This document shows, piece by piece, positions 51,805 through 62,124 of a stretch of DNA of 64,000 bases. The stretch is from Clostridia bacterium (GTDB lineage Bacteria > Bacillota > Clostridia > Oscillospirales > CAG-272). The notes under the pieces were generated by a model that was not told the DNA's origin, ran no database searches, and saw nothing but the letters and a program-made list of their open reading frames with translations. Numbering within the stretch: the first letter of the stretch is position 1; every line of letters begins with the position of its first letter. The stretch spans positions 7,782 to 71,781 of the forward strand of contig JAFTSW010000053.1 in NCBI GenBank assembly GCA_017467085.1. The letters run 5' to 3'. Made by a program: the position numbers and the translations under genes.

Positions 51805-52734
51805 CTATTCTTTACAAAAAGCGGAAAATGCCTCCAAGGAAAAGCCCAGCGCCTCTGCCGCCTCTTGCATATCGGGGGCAAGAGGAGAAAGAAAGGAAAG
51901 GGGCTCCCCTGTGGTAGGGTGGGGGAAGGAAAGACGGGCGGCGTGAAGCGCAACCCGAGGGAAAACGCCCGAAGGGGCGCCGTACATCGTGTCGCCCAGA
52001 AGGGGATGACCCAAGGACGCCATATGGACGCGGATTTGGTGGGTTCTTCCCGTTTCGGGAAAGACGCGCACAAGAGAAATGCCGCCCTTTTCTCCAAAGG
52101 TATAAAAACGGGTGAGGGCTTCGTCGCCCTCCTCCTCATCGGGGACGGTACAGCGCTTGATAACCGAGGCGCCCTCGCGGCGGATTTTCTTGCGGATTTC
52201 GCCCTGCGCGGGTGTCTTGCCGTGGACCAGCGCCCAGTATTCCTTTCTGATTTCCCCTCTTTGCAGGGAAAGGGAAAGGGCGTGGGCGGCGGTTTTGTGG
52301 AGCGCCAACAGCGTCAGCCCGTCCGTTTCTCTATCAAGACGGGTGATGGCACGGAACACGAAGGGACGCCCACGGTAATAATAGGCAAGGGCGTTGGCTA
52401 AGGTGTCCTCTCTATGGCGGTAGGAGGGATGGGTGGGCATTCCCGACGGCTTTTCGGCAAGGCAGATATCCTCATCCTCATATAAAACGGAAACGGGAAG
52501 CGGCAAGGGCAAAATTGCCTCGTTGACGTCCTCCCGTGTATCCTCGGTATGAAGCTGTATACGGTCATTCTCGCGCAAAACGGCGCGCACCGTGACACGC
52601 TGTCCGTTGAGAAGAATGCCGTCCTCTCTTGCCTTCAGCTCCACCAGCGCCCGATGGGAAAGACCCAGTCGCTCTCGCAGGAGGGTACGCAATAAGAGCC
52701 CGTCCTCTTCCTTTTTGACCGTATACGAAAGCAT
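51805..52734 (-). CDS. RluA-family 23S rRNA/tRNA pseudouridine synthase
   Basis: S4-like N-terminus. Catalytic motif ITRLDRETDGLTLLA. HQIRVH motif. Start MLSYTVKK at 52734, adjacent to the hom stop. Confidence 0.85.
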   Translation of the reverse strand: MLSYTVKKEEDGLLLRTLLRERLGLSHRALVELKAREDGILLNGQRVTVRAVLRENDRIQLHTEDTREDVNEAILPLPLPVSVLYEDEDICLAEKPSGMPTHPSYRHREDTLANALAYYYRGRPFVFRAITRLDRETDGLTLLALHKTAAHALSLSLQRGEIRKEYWALVHGKTPAQGEIRKKIRREGASVIKRCTVPDEEEGDEALTRFYTFGEKGGISLVRVFPETGRTHQIRVHMASLGHPLLGDTMYGAPSGVFPRVALHAARLSFPHPTTGEPLSFLSPLAPDMQEAAEALGFSLEAFSAFCKE

Positions 52735-52735
52735 A

Positions 52736-53938
52736 TTAATACAGGCGGATGTGGCTGACAATTCTGCCGCCGCAAGCCGCAAAGCGCTCCTTGCAGCTTT
52801 CCCAGTTGCTTTCGGAAAGCATAGGAGTCAAAAAGGCGTTTTCCTCGCCCGAGATGGGCTCGATTTCGCCAAAGATAATGCCGATAGCGCTCTGCTCGGC
52901 GCCCTCCGCTACCACGTAATGACGGCAGAAGAAGGAGGAGAAGTCGCTGGGAGTGCCCTCCTTGGCATCCGTCCAGGCAGGACGGGCAACGGTGCCTCTG
53001 GCAATATGGTCAACGTCTGCCACCACGGCAGAGGCGGTGGGATAGGAGCCTGCGCCGCGGCCGTAAAGCATCACGTCCCCAACGAAGTTGCCCCGAATGA
53101 GGACGCCGTTATACACGCCCGAAATCTCGGCAAGGGGAAGGCTCTTGGGAATGAGGAAGGGGGCGACCATAATATAGAGGTCCCCATCGTTTTCCTTGAT
53201 GGCACGGCCAAGAAGCTTAATGGAGCAGCCGATTTTCTCCGCTGCCGCCACGTCCTCCTTGCGGATGGCGGTAATGCCCTCGGTATGAATGGCGGCGGCA
53301 GGCACCATAGCGCCAAAGGCAAGCGCCGCCAGAATGGCGATTTTGCGGCAAACGTCAATGCCCTCGATGTCGGCGGTGGGGTCCTTCTCGGCATAGCCCT
53401 TGGCTTGCGCCTCGGCAAGCGCCGCGGAGAAGGGGGCGCCTTGGGTAAACATCTGGGTCAGAATATAGTTGGTGGTGCCGTTAAGAATGCCCGATACCTC
53501 GGAAATTCTGTTGTGGGAAAGGTCGTCCACCAGGGGCGAAAGGGCGGGAATACCGCCGCCAACTGCCGCCTCAAAGAGGTAGTAGACACCCTTTTCCTTG
53601 GCAATCGCCAAAAGCTCGGTGCCGTGGGTGGCAACCAGCTCCTTGTTGGAGGAAACCACGCTTTTGCCTGCTAAAAGGGCACGCTTGGTAAATTCGTACG
53701 CCTTGGTGGCGCCGCCGATAACCTCTACAACCACGTCAACCGAGGGGTCTGCCTCGATAACGGAGAAGTCCTTGACGAAAAGCTTTTCGTAGGGAGAGTT
53801 GGGGAAGTCGCGGATGTCGAGAATATACTTCAGCTCCACGGGCGCCTCGGCTCTGGCGTAGAGTACGTCCTTGTTCTGGGTCAGCATATCCGCAACGCCG
53901 CTTCCTACCGTTCCGAAGCCTAACAGTGCAACATTCAT
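52736..53938 (-). CDS. hom: homoserine dehydrogenase
   Basis: MNVALLGFGTVGSGV Rossmann start, NKELVA and LFEAAVGGGIP blocks, C-terminal ACT-like domain. Confidence 0.9.
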   Translation of the reverse strand: MNVALLGFGTVGSGVADMLTQNKDVLYARAEAPVELKYILDIRDFPNSPYEKLFVKDFSVIEADPSVDVVVEVIGGATKAYEFTKRALLAGKSVVSSNKELVATHGTELLAIAKEKGVYYLFEAAVGGGIPALSPLVDDLSHNRISEVSGILNGTTNYILTQMFTQGAPFSAALAEAQAKGYAEKDPTADIEGIDVCRKIAILAALAFGAMVPAAAIHTEGITAIRKEDVAAAEKIGCSIKLLGRAIKENDGDLYIMVAPFLIPKSLPLAEISGVYNGVLIRGNFVGDVMLYGRGAGSYPTASAVVADVDHIARGTVARPAWTDAKEGTPSDFSSFFCRHYVVAEGAEQSAIGIIFGEIEPISGEENAFLTPMLSESNWESCKERFAACGGRIVSHIRLY

Positions 53939-54079
53939 ATGAATATCCAATCCTTTCCTGGAAGCCCGACAGGCGCAGCTTCTTCCCTTACGAGGGCGGC
54001 TATGGCGCTTGTCAAGCGGTTATTCTGATAAGTCCTTCTTATCATACCACAAAGCCTTGAAAAAATCAAGCCTATACGA

Positions 54080-54116
54080 AAAAATTTGCGCCGCCAAGGA
54101 AAATTCCTTGGCGGCG
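54080..54116 (-). terminator. rho-independent terminator after the P-type ATPase gene
   Basis: cgccgccaagg / ccttggcggcg stem, followed on the minus strand by CAAATTTTTT. Confidence 0.7.
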
Positions 54117-54120
54117 AGGG

Positions 54121-56790
54121 TTATGCGCGGCGGCTCTTGGCTCTTGCCACCGTTCTTTGGAGCAGCTTGACAAGCTCCACAAGGGGGATTATCAGAATGG
54201 AAAGACCAAGGCTGACGAGATAGTGAGAAAGGTCAAGTCCCGTGGGAACGAAATCAAAGAGGACTGCCAAGAAGGGCACCTCGATGATAAGGGTGCTGAA
54301 AAGAACCGAGGCAAGCATAGCCAAAAGCAGAGGCTTGTTGAGGGTGCGCAGGGAAAAGAGGGAATGGCGTCCCGAGCGCATATTCAGCGAATGGAAGATT
54401 TCACACATGGACATAGTGAAGAAGGCCATCGTAATACCCAAGGCGCTCTCGCCGCCTGCTACGTAGGCAGGGTCGGTGAGCTGTCCGATAAAGTAGGCGA
54501 CAAGGGTGAGAATGGCGACCAAGGTGCCCTGGTACAGCACGTCAATGCCCAAGCCCCCTGCGAAGATGCCCTCGTGAGAGCCGCGGGGCGGACGCCGCAT
54601 CGCGTCCTTTTCCGCTTTTTCCACGCCCAGCGCCAAGGCAGGGAAGGTGTCGGTTATCAGGTTGATAAAGAGAAGGTGGGTGGGCTTCAGCACGGTGACG
54701 CCCAAAAGAGATGCGGTGAACACCGCTAAAACCTCGGCAAGGTTGGAGCCCAGAAGAAACTGAATGGCCTTGCGGACGTTATCGTAAATGCGGCGTCCCT
54801 CTGCCACGGCGCCCACGATGGTGGCAAAGTTATCGTCTGCCAGCACCATATCCGCCACGTTTTTGGTAACGTCGGTACCCGTGATGCCCATACCGATGCC
54901 GATGTCGGCCGTCTTGATGGAGGGGGCGTCGTTGACGCCGTCACCCGTCATAGCCGTGACACAGCCCTGCGCCTGCCAGGCGCTGACAATACGGGTCTTA
55001 TGCTCGGGCTGTACTCTGGCGTAGACGAAAATATCCTGCACACGCTGACGGAAGGTTTCCTCGTCCATTTCCTCAAGCTCAGCACCCGTAATGGCCTGAG
55101 AGGCGTCGGTGATAATGCCAAGCTCCTTGGCAATGGCAATAGCGGTATCCTTGTGGTCGCCCGTAATCATCACGGGGGTGATGCCCGCCTCGCGGCATTG
55201 GCGAATGGCGTCCTTCACCTCGGGGCGAACAGGGTCTATCATACCCGTCAGTCCCACGAAAATCAGCTCCTGCTCTATAGCGGCGGCAGAGGTGTCGGCA
55301 GGAAGGGCGGGGTAGAGGCGCTTGGCGCAGGCCAAAACGCGCAGCGCTCTGTCTGCCATTTCCTTGTTTTTGGCGAGAATTTCCTCTCGCTTTTCCTCGG
55401 TTAAGGGAAGAAGCTGCCCGTTTTCCTCGTAGCTGACACAGCGCTTCAGAATTTCATCGGGCGCGCCCTTGGTGTATTGGAGAATGCCTGCTTCTGCCCT
55501 GTGCAGGGTAGACATCATTTTGCGCTTGGAATCAAAGGGCGCCTCTGCCACACGGGGCAGCGCCGCCTTCAAGGCCGCCTTTTGCAGGGAAAGGGACGCG
55601 GCAAAAGCAACCAGCGCCGCCTCGGTGGGCTCGCCCACAATCTCTCCCGACTCGTTCATTTCGGCATCGGAGCAAAGCGCCATCGCCGTGGCAACCGCCT
55701 CGGCGTCCCCCATATGGTCGGTAACGGTCATTTTGTTCTGGGTCAGCGTCCCCGTTTTGTCCGAGCAGATGATACGGGCACAGCCCAGGGTTTCAACGGC
55801 CGTCAGCTTGCGGACGATTGCCTGCTTTTCCGCCATATGGGTCACGCCCATAGAAAGCACCACCGTCACCACCGCCACCAGTCCCTCGGGAATGGCGGCT
55901 ACTGCCAGGGAAACGGCAACCATAAAGAAATTCAGGAAGGGAATTTCCATAAACGGCGTGCCCGAAACGAGGGCGCGGACGCTGTTAAAGAGGAGAATAA
56001 AGACGCAAATGCCGATAACCGCAAAGGTCAGAATACGGCTGAGCTGCGCCAGCTTCTTCTGCAAGGGGGTCAAGCCCTCCTTGGCTTCGGTAATGGCGGC
56101 GGCGATTTTGCCCATTTCGGTGTCCATACCCGTTGCCACCACTAAGGCAACGCCTCGCCCGTAAACGGCAACGCTACCCATATATACCATATTTTTGCGG
56201 TCGCCTAAGGGCACCTCCTTGCCGTTTTCCTCCTTGGGAATGGCAAGCTCCTTGTGTACGGGCAGGGATTCACCCGTTAAGGCTGCCTCCTCTACCTGCA
56301 GGTCGGCACACTCCAAAAGACGGCAGTCGGCAGGAATAGCGTCCCCTGCCTCCAGCAGCACCACGTCCCCTACAACCAGCTCCTCGCTTTTGACACGGAC
56401 AACCTGCCCGTCCCGTAGCACGCGGGTGGTGGCGGCAGACATTTTTTGCAGGGCTTCAATCGCCGCCTCTGCCTTGTTTTCCTGGACAACGCCCAAAATG
56501 GCGTTCAGAAGCACCACGAACAGAATAATAAAGGAATCGTAGGGAATGGCTCGCTCCACCACGTCAAGGACGGTGGAAATCAGACAAGCCGCCAGCAGAA
56601 TGAGAATCATCGGGTCCTTCAGCTCGGCAAGGAAGCGGCGCCAGAGGGGCACCTTGGGCTTTTCATTCAGCTTGTTGGGACCGTTCTGAGCCAGGCGCGC
56701 CTGCGCCTCTTGGGTGGAGAGCCCCTCTTTATCGGATTTTAGCTCCCGATAAAGCTCTTCAACGGTTGATTTGTAAACAGAAGTTGACAT
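54121..56790 (-). CDS. P2-type cation-transporting ATPase (Ca2+/Mn2+ family)
   Basis: 889 aa. TGES, IPEGL (TM4), [28 protein letters not shown] motifs. 10-TM architecture. Confidence 0.9.
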   Translation of the reverse strand: MSTSVYKSTVEELYRELKSDKEGLSTQEAQARLAQNGPNKLNEKPKVPLWRRFLAELKDPMILILLAACLISTVLDVVERAIPYDSFIILFVVLLNAILGVVQENKAEAAIEALQKMSAATTRVLRDGQVVRVKSEELVVGDVVLLEAGDAIPADCRLLECADLQVEEAALTGESLPVHKELAIPKEENGKEVPLGDRKNMVYMGSVAVYGRGVALVVATGMDTEMGKIAAAITEAKEGLTPLQKKLAQLSRILTFAVIGICVFILLFNSVRALVSGTPFMEIPFLNFFMVAVSLAVAAIPEGLVAVVTVVLSMGVTHMAEKQAIVRKLTAVETLGCARIICSDKTGTLTQNKMTVTDHMGDAEAVATAMALCSDAEMNESGEIVGEPTEAALVAFAASLSLQKAALKAALPRVAEAPFDSKRKMMSTLHRAEAGILQYTKGAPDEILKRCVSYEENGQLLPLTEEKREEILAKNKEMADRALRVLACAKRLYPALPADTSAAAIEQELIFVGLTGMIDPVRPEVKDAIRQCREAGITPVMITGDHKDTAIAIAKELGIITDASQAITGAELEEMDEETFRQRVQDIFVYARVQPEHKTRIVSAWQAQGCVTAMTGDGVNDAPSIKTADIGIGMGITGTDVTKNVADMVLADDNFATIVGAVAEGRRIYDNVRKAIQFLLGSNLAEVLAVFTASLLGVTVLKPTHLLFINLITDTFPALALGVEKAEKDAMRRPPRGSHEGIFAGGLGIDVLYQGTLVAILTLVAYFIGQLTDPAYVAGGESALGITMAFFTMSMCEIFHSLNMRSGRHSLFSLRTLNKPLLLAMLASVLFSTLIIEVPFLAVLFDFVPTGLDLSHYLVSLGLSILIIPLVELVKLLQRTVARAKSRRA

Positions 56791-56811
56791 AACGGTTTTC
56801 CTTTCTTTTTA

Positions 56812-56944
56812 ATGAAAAAGACCTTTACCGAGAGAAAGGTCCTTCGGTAAAAGTCTTACTCGTTTCTTTTGCAAGAAAGGTACCCGGCGGGCAAGATGCC
56901 GTGATGACGCCGGATACGCGCATATAGCGGAGTTACTCCCTTTT
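56812..56944 (-). promoter_or_regulatory. candidate yybP-ykoY (Mn2+) riboswitch plus terminator in the ATPase leader
   Basis: Minus strand reads AAAAGGGAGTAAC ... CCGGCG..CGCCGG ... TTTCTTGCAAAAGAAA CGAGTAAGACTTTT. This compares with the L. lactis element recalled as AAAGGGGAGUAGC ... UUUAGCAAGACCUUU. It is followed by GACCTTT CTCTCGGT AAAGGTC TTTTT. Confidence 0.55.
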
Positions 56945-57013
56945 ATACTTCTATTATACGCAATTTCCAGGAAAATACAATAGGCTTCGGGTGAAATTTT
57001 TGTGTTTTTCAGG

Positions 57014-59569
57014 TTAATGCTCCGCCGAGAGCCAGTTGTCGCCGATGCCGATGCTGACGGTCAAGGGAACGGGCAGGGATACAGCGCCCTCCATTTCCTC
57101 CTTGAGAATAGCGGCGACCCTGTCGGCTTGGGATTTGTGAGCCTCCACAATCAGCTCGTCGTGCACCTGCATCACCAGGGAGGCGTCCAGCCCCTCCGCG
57201 GCAAGGCGACGGGCAACCCGAACCATAGCCAGCTTGATGATGTCGGCGGCGCTACCCTGGATGGGGCTGTTCATAGCCACACGCTTGCCGAAGGCACGCA
57301 GCTGGAATCGGGAGGAGGAAAGCTCGGGGATATAGCGGCGGCGCCCTAAAAGGGTGTCGGTGTAGCCCACCGCCTCCGCCTGCTTCACCAAGCCCTCCAA
57401 ATAGGCGGAAATGGCGGGATATTTGGCAAAATAGCGCTCCATATATTCCTTTGCGGCGGCAACGCTGACGCCGATATCCCCTGCCAAGGAGTAGGCACCA
57501 ATGCCGTAGACGATGCCGAAGTTTACCGCCTTGGCGCATTTGCGCTCCTCGTCGGTGACCTGGCTTTCCTCTACGTGAAAGACGGCGGCTGCCGTTTGTC
57601 TGTGAATGTCCTCCCCTGCGATAAAGGCGCGGCACATAGCCTCGTCCCCCGAGAACGCCGCCAGAAGGCGAAGCTCAATCTGGGAGTAGTCGGCATCCAC
57701 AAGCAGGTAGTCCTCGCCCTTGGTGATAAAGCAACGGCGCATTTCTCTGCCAAGAGGGGTGCGGATGGGAATGTTTTGCAGGTTGGGCTCGGCAGAGGAA
57801 AGTCTGCCCGTAGCGGTGAGCGCCTGCTTGAAATCGGTGTGAATACGCCCGTTTTCGTCCGCCGCCTCGCAAAGCCCCACGGCGTAGGTGGAGTAGAGCT
57901 TGGTCAGCTGACGGTAGGTGAGGATTTCCTCTATGATGGGGTGGGCGTACCGCAGGGATGCCAGGGTGTCCGCATCCGTGGAATAGCCGTTCTGGGTCTT
58001 TTTGATGCCCTTGGTGGGAAGCCCCAGGCGGTTGAACAGCACGTCAGCCAGCTGCTTGGGGGAGTTGATGTTAAAGTCTACCCCTGCCATCGCCACAATG
58101 TTCTCCGCGTAAAGCAGAGAGCGCTCAAACAGCTGCTTGCCAAAGGCGGTCATCGCCTCGGTGTCCATACGGAAGCCAATCCGCTCCATACGGAAAAGGA
58201 TGGGCGCAAGGGGAAGCTCCACCTCCTCCAAAAGGGACAAAGCCCCCGTTTCCTCCAAGCGGCGGCGCAAAACGCCCTCTAAGCGATAGAGCGCCTCGGG
58301 CATAGAGGCAGTGGAAATGCCCTCCTCCTCGGCAAGGGCGTCCCAGCCCTTTTTGCCGTTCTCCGAGCGCAAAACGTAGGCGTACAGATGCACGTCCTTG
58401 GGCACGAAGAGCGGGTCGGGGGACATATCGGCGTCTGCCAGGGCGTGCAAAAGCTGCTTGCCGTCAAAGCAGATAACCTGGTTTTTCGGGGCAAAAAGAG
58501 GGGCAAGGGGCGCAAGGGCGCCTGTGTAGGCAAGGGTTCTCTCGCCGTTATAGAACAGCGCCCCCTCTTGGGTTAAGGCAACGGCAAAGCGGGAGCCTAA
58601 AGAAGAGAGAAGGGTGCTGGCGTCTACCGCCTCGTAGGCAGAGGAGGCTTCCTCCTGCTTTTCGTCGCAGAGGGCGCAGGGGGTCTGGGCGGCAGGGCTT
58701 TCTGCCATTTGGGATAAACGGCGGTGCAGCTGCATCAGCTCCAAAGAAAGGCATTTTTGGCAGATTGCCTCGGTGTGTACCCCCGAATAGGCAATATCCT
58801 CCAAGGAGGAAAGCCCTAAGGGTACCTGGCGGCAAATACGGGCGAGCCACTGGGAATCGTAGGCGTCGCTCTTGTAGGTCTTTAATTTTTCCCGTACACC
58901 CTTGGCAATCGAGGGGTCCTCGATATGCTCGTACAGGGCGTCAAGAGAGCCGAAGGCGGAAATCAGCTTGACGGCGGTTTTCTCTCCTACCCCCGCAACG
59001 CCGGGAATTCGGTCGGAGGAGTCGCCCATTAACGCCTTCAAATCCACCAGCTGCTCGGGCTCAATGCCGTACTTGGCGAAAAAGGCGTCCCTGTCAAAGA
59101 CGTGGGTTTCTCCCGTCTGGGCAAGCAGAACGGTGACACGGGGGGAAATCAGCTGCAATAAATCCCTGTCCCCCGACAGCACGTAGGCGTGCACGTCCTC
59201 CTCGCTCTCCGCCATAGCGGAAAGGGTACCTAAAATATCGTCAGCCTCGTAGCCCTCCTGCTCTATGGTGTGAAAGCCCAAAAGGCGCAGACATTCCTTG
59301 GCGTCGTCAAACTGGGCGAGAAGCTCGGGAGGCGTTTCGTGACGCCCCTCCTTGTAATAGGAGAAGCGCTGCTTGCGGAAGTTGGGCGCCTTCAAATCAA
59401 AGGCAACGGCGGCATATTCGGGCTTGCAGGACTCTAAATGCCGCAACACGATGTTCAGCATACCGTAAATGGCGTTCGTGGGTCTGCCGTCCTTGGTGGA
59501 CAGGGGACGAATGCCGTAAAAGGCACGGTTAATAATGCTGTTTCCGTCAATAATTAAAAGCTTTTTCAT
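57014..59569 (-). CDS. polA: DNA polymerase I
   Basis: 851 aa. 5'-3' exonuclease N-terminus (LLIIDGNSIINRAFYG). Family A polymerase motifs DYSQIELR, RRCAKAVNFGIVYG and QVHDEL. Confidence 0.95.
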   Translation of the reverse strand: MKKLLIIDGNSIINRAFYGIRPLSTKDGRPTNAIYGMLNIVLRHLESCKPEYAAVAFDLKAPNFRKQRFSYYKEGRHETPPELLAQFDDAKECLRLLGFHTIEQEGYEADDILGTLSAMAESEEDVHAYVLSGDRDLLQLISPRVTVLLAQTGETHVFDRDAFFAKYGIEPEQLVDLKALMGDSSDRIPGVAGVGEKTAVKLISAFGSLDALYEHIEDPSIAKGVREKLKTYKSDAYDSQWLARICRQVPLGLSSLEDIAYSGVHTEAICQKCLSLELMQLHRRLSQMAESPAAQTPCALCDEKQEEASSAYEAVDASTLLSSLGSRFAVALTQEGALFYNGERTLAYTGALAPLAPLFAPKNQVICFDGKQLLHALADADMSPDPLFVPKDVHLYAYVLRSENGKKGWDALAEEEGISTASMPEALYRLEGVLRRRLEETGALSLLEEVELPLAPILFRMERIGFRMDTEAMTAFGKQLFERSLLYAENIVAMAGVDFNINSPKQLADVLFNRLGLPTKGIKKTQNGYSTDADTLASLRYAHPIIEEILTYRQLTKLYSTYAVGLCEAADENGRIHTDFKQALTATGRLSSAEPNLQNIPIRTPLGREMRRCFITKGEDYLLVDADYSQIELRLLAAFSGDEAMCRAFIAGEDIHRQTAAAVFHVEESQVTDEERKCAKAVNFGIVYGIGAYSLAGDIGVSVAAAKEYMERYFAKYPAISAYLEGLVKQAEAVGYTDTLLGRRRYIPELSSSRFQLRAFGKRVAMNSPIQGSAADIIKLAMVRVARRLAAEGLDASLVMQVHDELIVEAHKSQADRVAAILKEEMEGAVSLPVPLTVSIGIGDNWLSAEH

Positions 59570-59572
59570 AGG

Positions 59573-60499
59573 TTAACGGCGCTTTCTGTCAAAATCAATG
59601 GTTGCCTCCGCGGAGGTATCGTACATAGGATTGTCGGGTCGGGGCAGGGGCGCCTTGTCCTCGTCGGTCAGCACCGCCTTGGGGCGGTGCTCCTCGCTCT
59701 GCTCTGCCTGCAACAGCATAGGAAGCAGACGGGACAGCACGTAGAGGAAGAAGGCAAGCACCAGAAAATCGTGCATAAAGGAGCCAACGAGGGGGGACTG
59801 CTTGGCGGCGAAGTAAATCAAGCCGGGCAGGGAGTTGGCTGCGGTCAGCACCAGCGCCGTCATAGCGGCGAAGAGATAGAAGGCGCGGCCTCGCTTGCCC
59901 AGGCGCAGACGGGACTCCGCTAAGAAGAAGAGAAGAAGGGCAAGGAAGGTGACCTGGTCTAAAATCTTGATGGGGCTATTCAGGGTAAAGGCGGTATTGA
60001 AATAGGCAAGCATCGCATAGAAGATAGAAAAGAGCGCTGTTGCCATTGCCGCTCCTGCGGTCAGGGTAAGAGAGGTGGCGGAAAGCACGGTGGACGCCAT
60101 GTAGACAATCACGCCTACGGCGAAGAGCAGGGTCAGAATGAGAAGCACGGTTTCCGCGGTGGTGGCCGTCTTGCCCATAAGGGAAAGGGCGGTGTCCAAA
60201 AGCCAGGCGAAGGAGGCAATAGCCACGAAGGCAGACGCCAGCATCTGGAAGGGGGCGGTGGCGAGAGAAACGGCGGGGGTGCTTTCTCTGGTCATAATGA
60301 CGAAGAAAAGGAAGGCGATAACCGCAACGGCGCCCAAAAGCGCAAAGCCGTAGTCCGCAAAGAACCCGGGGGCAAAATGCCCAAGCAGGGGGTCATACGC
60401 CGTTAAAACCAGAACCGTCCGCGCCACCGTAAGCAAAAGGGCGAAGGCGAGGGCGACAATCAGGGCGATAAGGTGCAGTTTCTTGGTAGAGAGCTTCAT
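59573..60499 (-). CDS. polytopic membrane protein (hypothetical)
   Basis: ORF 59573..60778 trimmed to MKLSTKKLHLIALIVALAF at 60499. About 8 hydrophobic helices. The stop lies 3 nt before the polA start. Confidence 0.6.
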   Translation of the reverse strand: MKLSTKKLHLIALIVALAFALLLTVARTVLVLTAYDPLLGHFAPGFFADYGFALLGAVAVIAFLFFVIMTRESTPAVSLATAPFQMLASAFVAIASFAWLLDTALSLMGKTATTAETVLLILTLLFAVGVIVYMASTVLSATSLTLTAGAAMATALFSIFYAMLAYFNTAFTLNSPIKILDQVTFLALLLFFLAESRLRLGKRGRAFYLFAAMTALVLTAANSLPGLIYFAAKQSPLVGSFMHDFLVLAFFLYVLSRLLPMLLQAEQSEEHRPKAVLTDEDKAPLPRPDNPMYDTSAEATIDFDRKRR

Positions 60500-60831
60500 G
60501 GTGCAAATCCTTGGCTTTTGTGAAGCAAAAGCTTCCTTTCTTTTCTGAATAGTGGAATGAGAGATGGAAAAAGGGGCGAAAAACGCGCCGTTTCCTTCCA
60601 TTTTAATATATATAATATATACGCGCGCCGCCAGCCCCCGAAAAAAGGCTTCGCGAAAGGGAAGGCGCCGCCTGCTTTTATTGCCGTTGGGCAAGAAAAG
60701 GCTGCTTTTATTGTAGCTTAAATATATTAATAAAATGTAACTCTTTTCCATTTTGGGGGAATATTGTGAAAAATGCACAAAAAACTTCCAAAAATTTTTG
60801 AAAAATTTTCTACTTATTTTGCCAAAAGGGG

Positions 60832-60860
60832 TTGCAATTTTAGGAAAAATGCATTATAAT
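60832..60860 (+). promoter_or_regulatory. candidate sigma-A promoter of the S10 operon
   Basis: TTGCAA, 17 nt, TATAAT. Leaves a leader of about 220 nt before rpsJ. Confidence 0.55.
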
Positions 60861-61079
60861 AGTAAGGCTTGATATGCGATGAAGCGGGAGGTTGCCGTGA
60901 AAACGGGTAATTTCCGTGGAGTATGTCCGAAAAACGGGCGAAGCAAGACGCACACTTGTTTCCGGGGATAGCCCCCAAAAGGGCGATAGAATCCCGGATT
61001 TTAACAGGGCTGTTCGGAAACGCACGGCACAGTGTGAATGAAAATCGCCCTCCGAAAAAAACAAAGGAGGCAAACCAAA

Positions 61080-61388
61080 ATGGCACAGGAAAAAATCAGA
61101 GTGAAGCTCAAGAGCTACGACCACACCCTCGTTGACGCGGCAGCGGCAAAGGTTGTTGAGGTAGCCAAGAGAAACGGTGGAACGGTATCGGGACCCATTC
61201 CGCTTCCCACCGACAAAGAGGTTATCACCATTCTCCGCGCTGTTCACAAGTACAAGGACAGCCGCGAGCAGTTTGAAACCCGCACTCACAAGCGCCTGAT
61301 TGACATTCTCAATCCCCAGCAGAAGACGGTTGAGGCTTTAATGAACCTCGAGCTGCCCGCCGGCGTTGAGATTGAAATCAAAGCGTAA
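61080..61388 (+). CDS. rpsJ: 30S ribosomal protein S10
   Basis: [19 protein letters not shown]...[19 protein letters not shown]. Confidence 0.95.
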   Translation: MAQEKIRVKLKSYDHTLVDAAAAKVVEVAKRNGGTVSGPIPLPTDKEVITILRAVHKYKDSREQFETRTHKRLIDILNPQQKTVEALMNLELPAGVEIEIKA

Positions 61389-61476
61389 AACACAGTTCAC
61401 CCACATCCAGTGGTCAAGTTGATGCTGTCGGGCAACCGATAATCCAAAGCATCAACCAATAATCATGGAGGAAAAA

Positions 61477-62106
61477 ATGAAAAAAGGCATTATCGGAAAG
61501 AAGCTGGGTATGACCCAGATCTTCGATGAAGTCGGAAACGTCATCCCCGTAACCCTGATTGAAGCAGGTCCTTGCGAGGTGGCACAGAAGAAGACCGTTG
61601 AAAACGACGGCTACGAGGCTGTTCAGCTTGCTTACGTTGACGCAAAGGAAAAGCACCTGACCAAGCCTGAGCTCGGCCATTTCAAGAAGGCCGGCATCGC
61701 TCCTAAGAGACACTTGAAGGAATTTCGTCTTGCAGATTGCTCCGCACTGGACGCAGGCTCTGTAATTTCTGTCGATACCTTCGCCGCAGGCGAAAAGGTC
61801 GACGTTACGGGAATTACCAAGGGTCACGGCTACTCGGGCGTTATCAAGAGATGGAATCATCACCACCTTCGTATGACCCACGGCACCGGTCCTATCCACC
61901 GTCAGCCCGGCTCTATGGGAGTTATCGACCCCGCCAGAATCTTCAAGAACAAGAAGATGGCAGGTCAGTACGGTAATGAGCAAGTGACCATCTTGAATCT
62001 TACCGTTGTTAAGATTGACGCAGAAAAGAACCTTATCGCAGTGAAGGGCGCTGTTCCCGGTGCAAAGGGCGGCATCGTCTTCATCCGCGATTCGGTGAAA
62101 GCATAA
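61477..62106 (+). CDS. rplC: 50S ribosomal protein L3
   Basis: MKKGIIGKKLGMTQIFDE...GHGYSGVIKRWN. Confidence 0.95.
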   Translation: MKKGIIGKKLGMTQIFDEVGNVIPVTLIEAGPCEVAQKKTVENDGYEAVQLAYVDAKEKHLTKPELGHFKKAGIAPKRHLKEFRLADCSALDAGSVISVDTFAAGEKVDVTGITKGHGYSGVIKRWNHHHLRMTHGTGPIHRQPGSMGVIDPARIFKNKKMAGQYGNEQVTILNLTVVKIDAEKNLIAVKGAVPGAKGGIVFIRDSVKA

Positions 62107-62124
62107 CGGAAGGAGGAAGAACGA

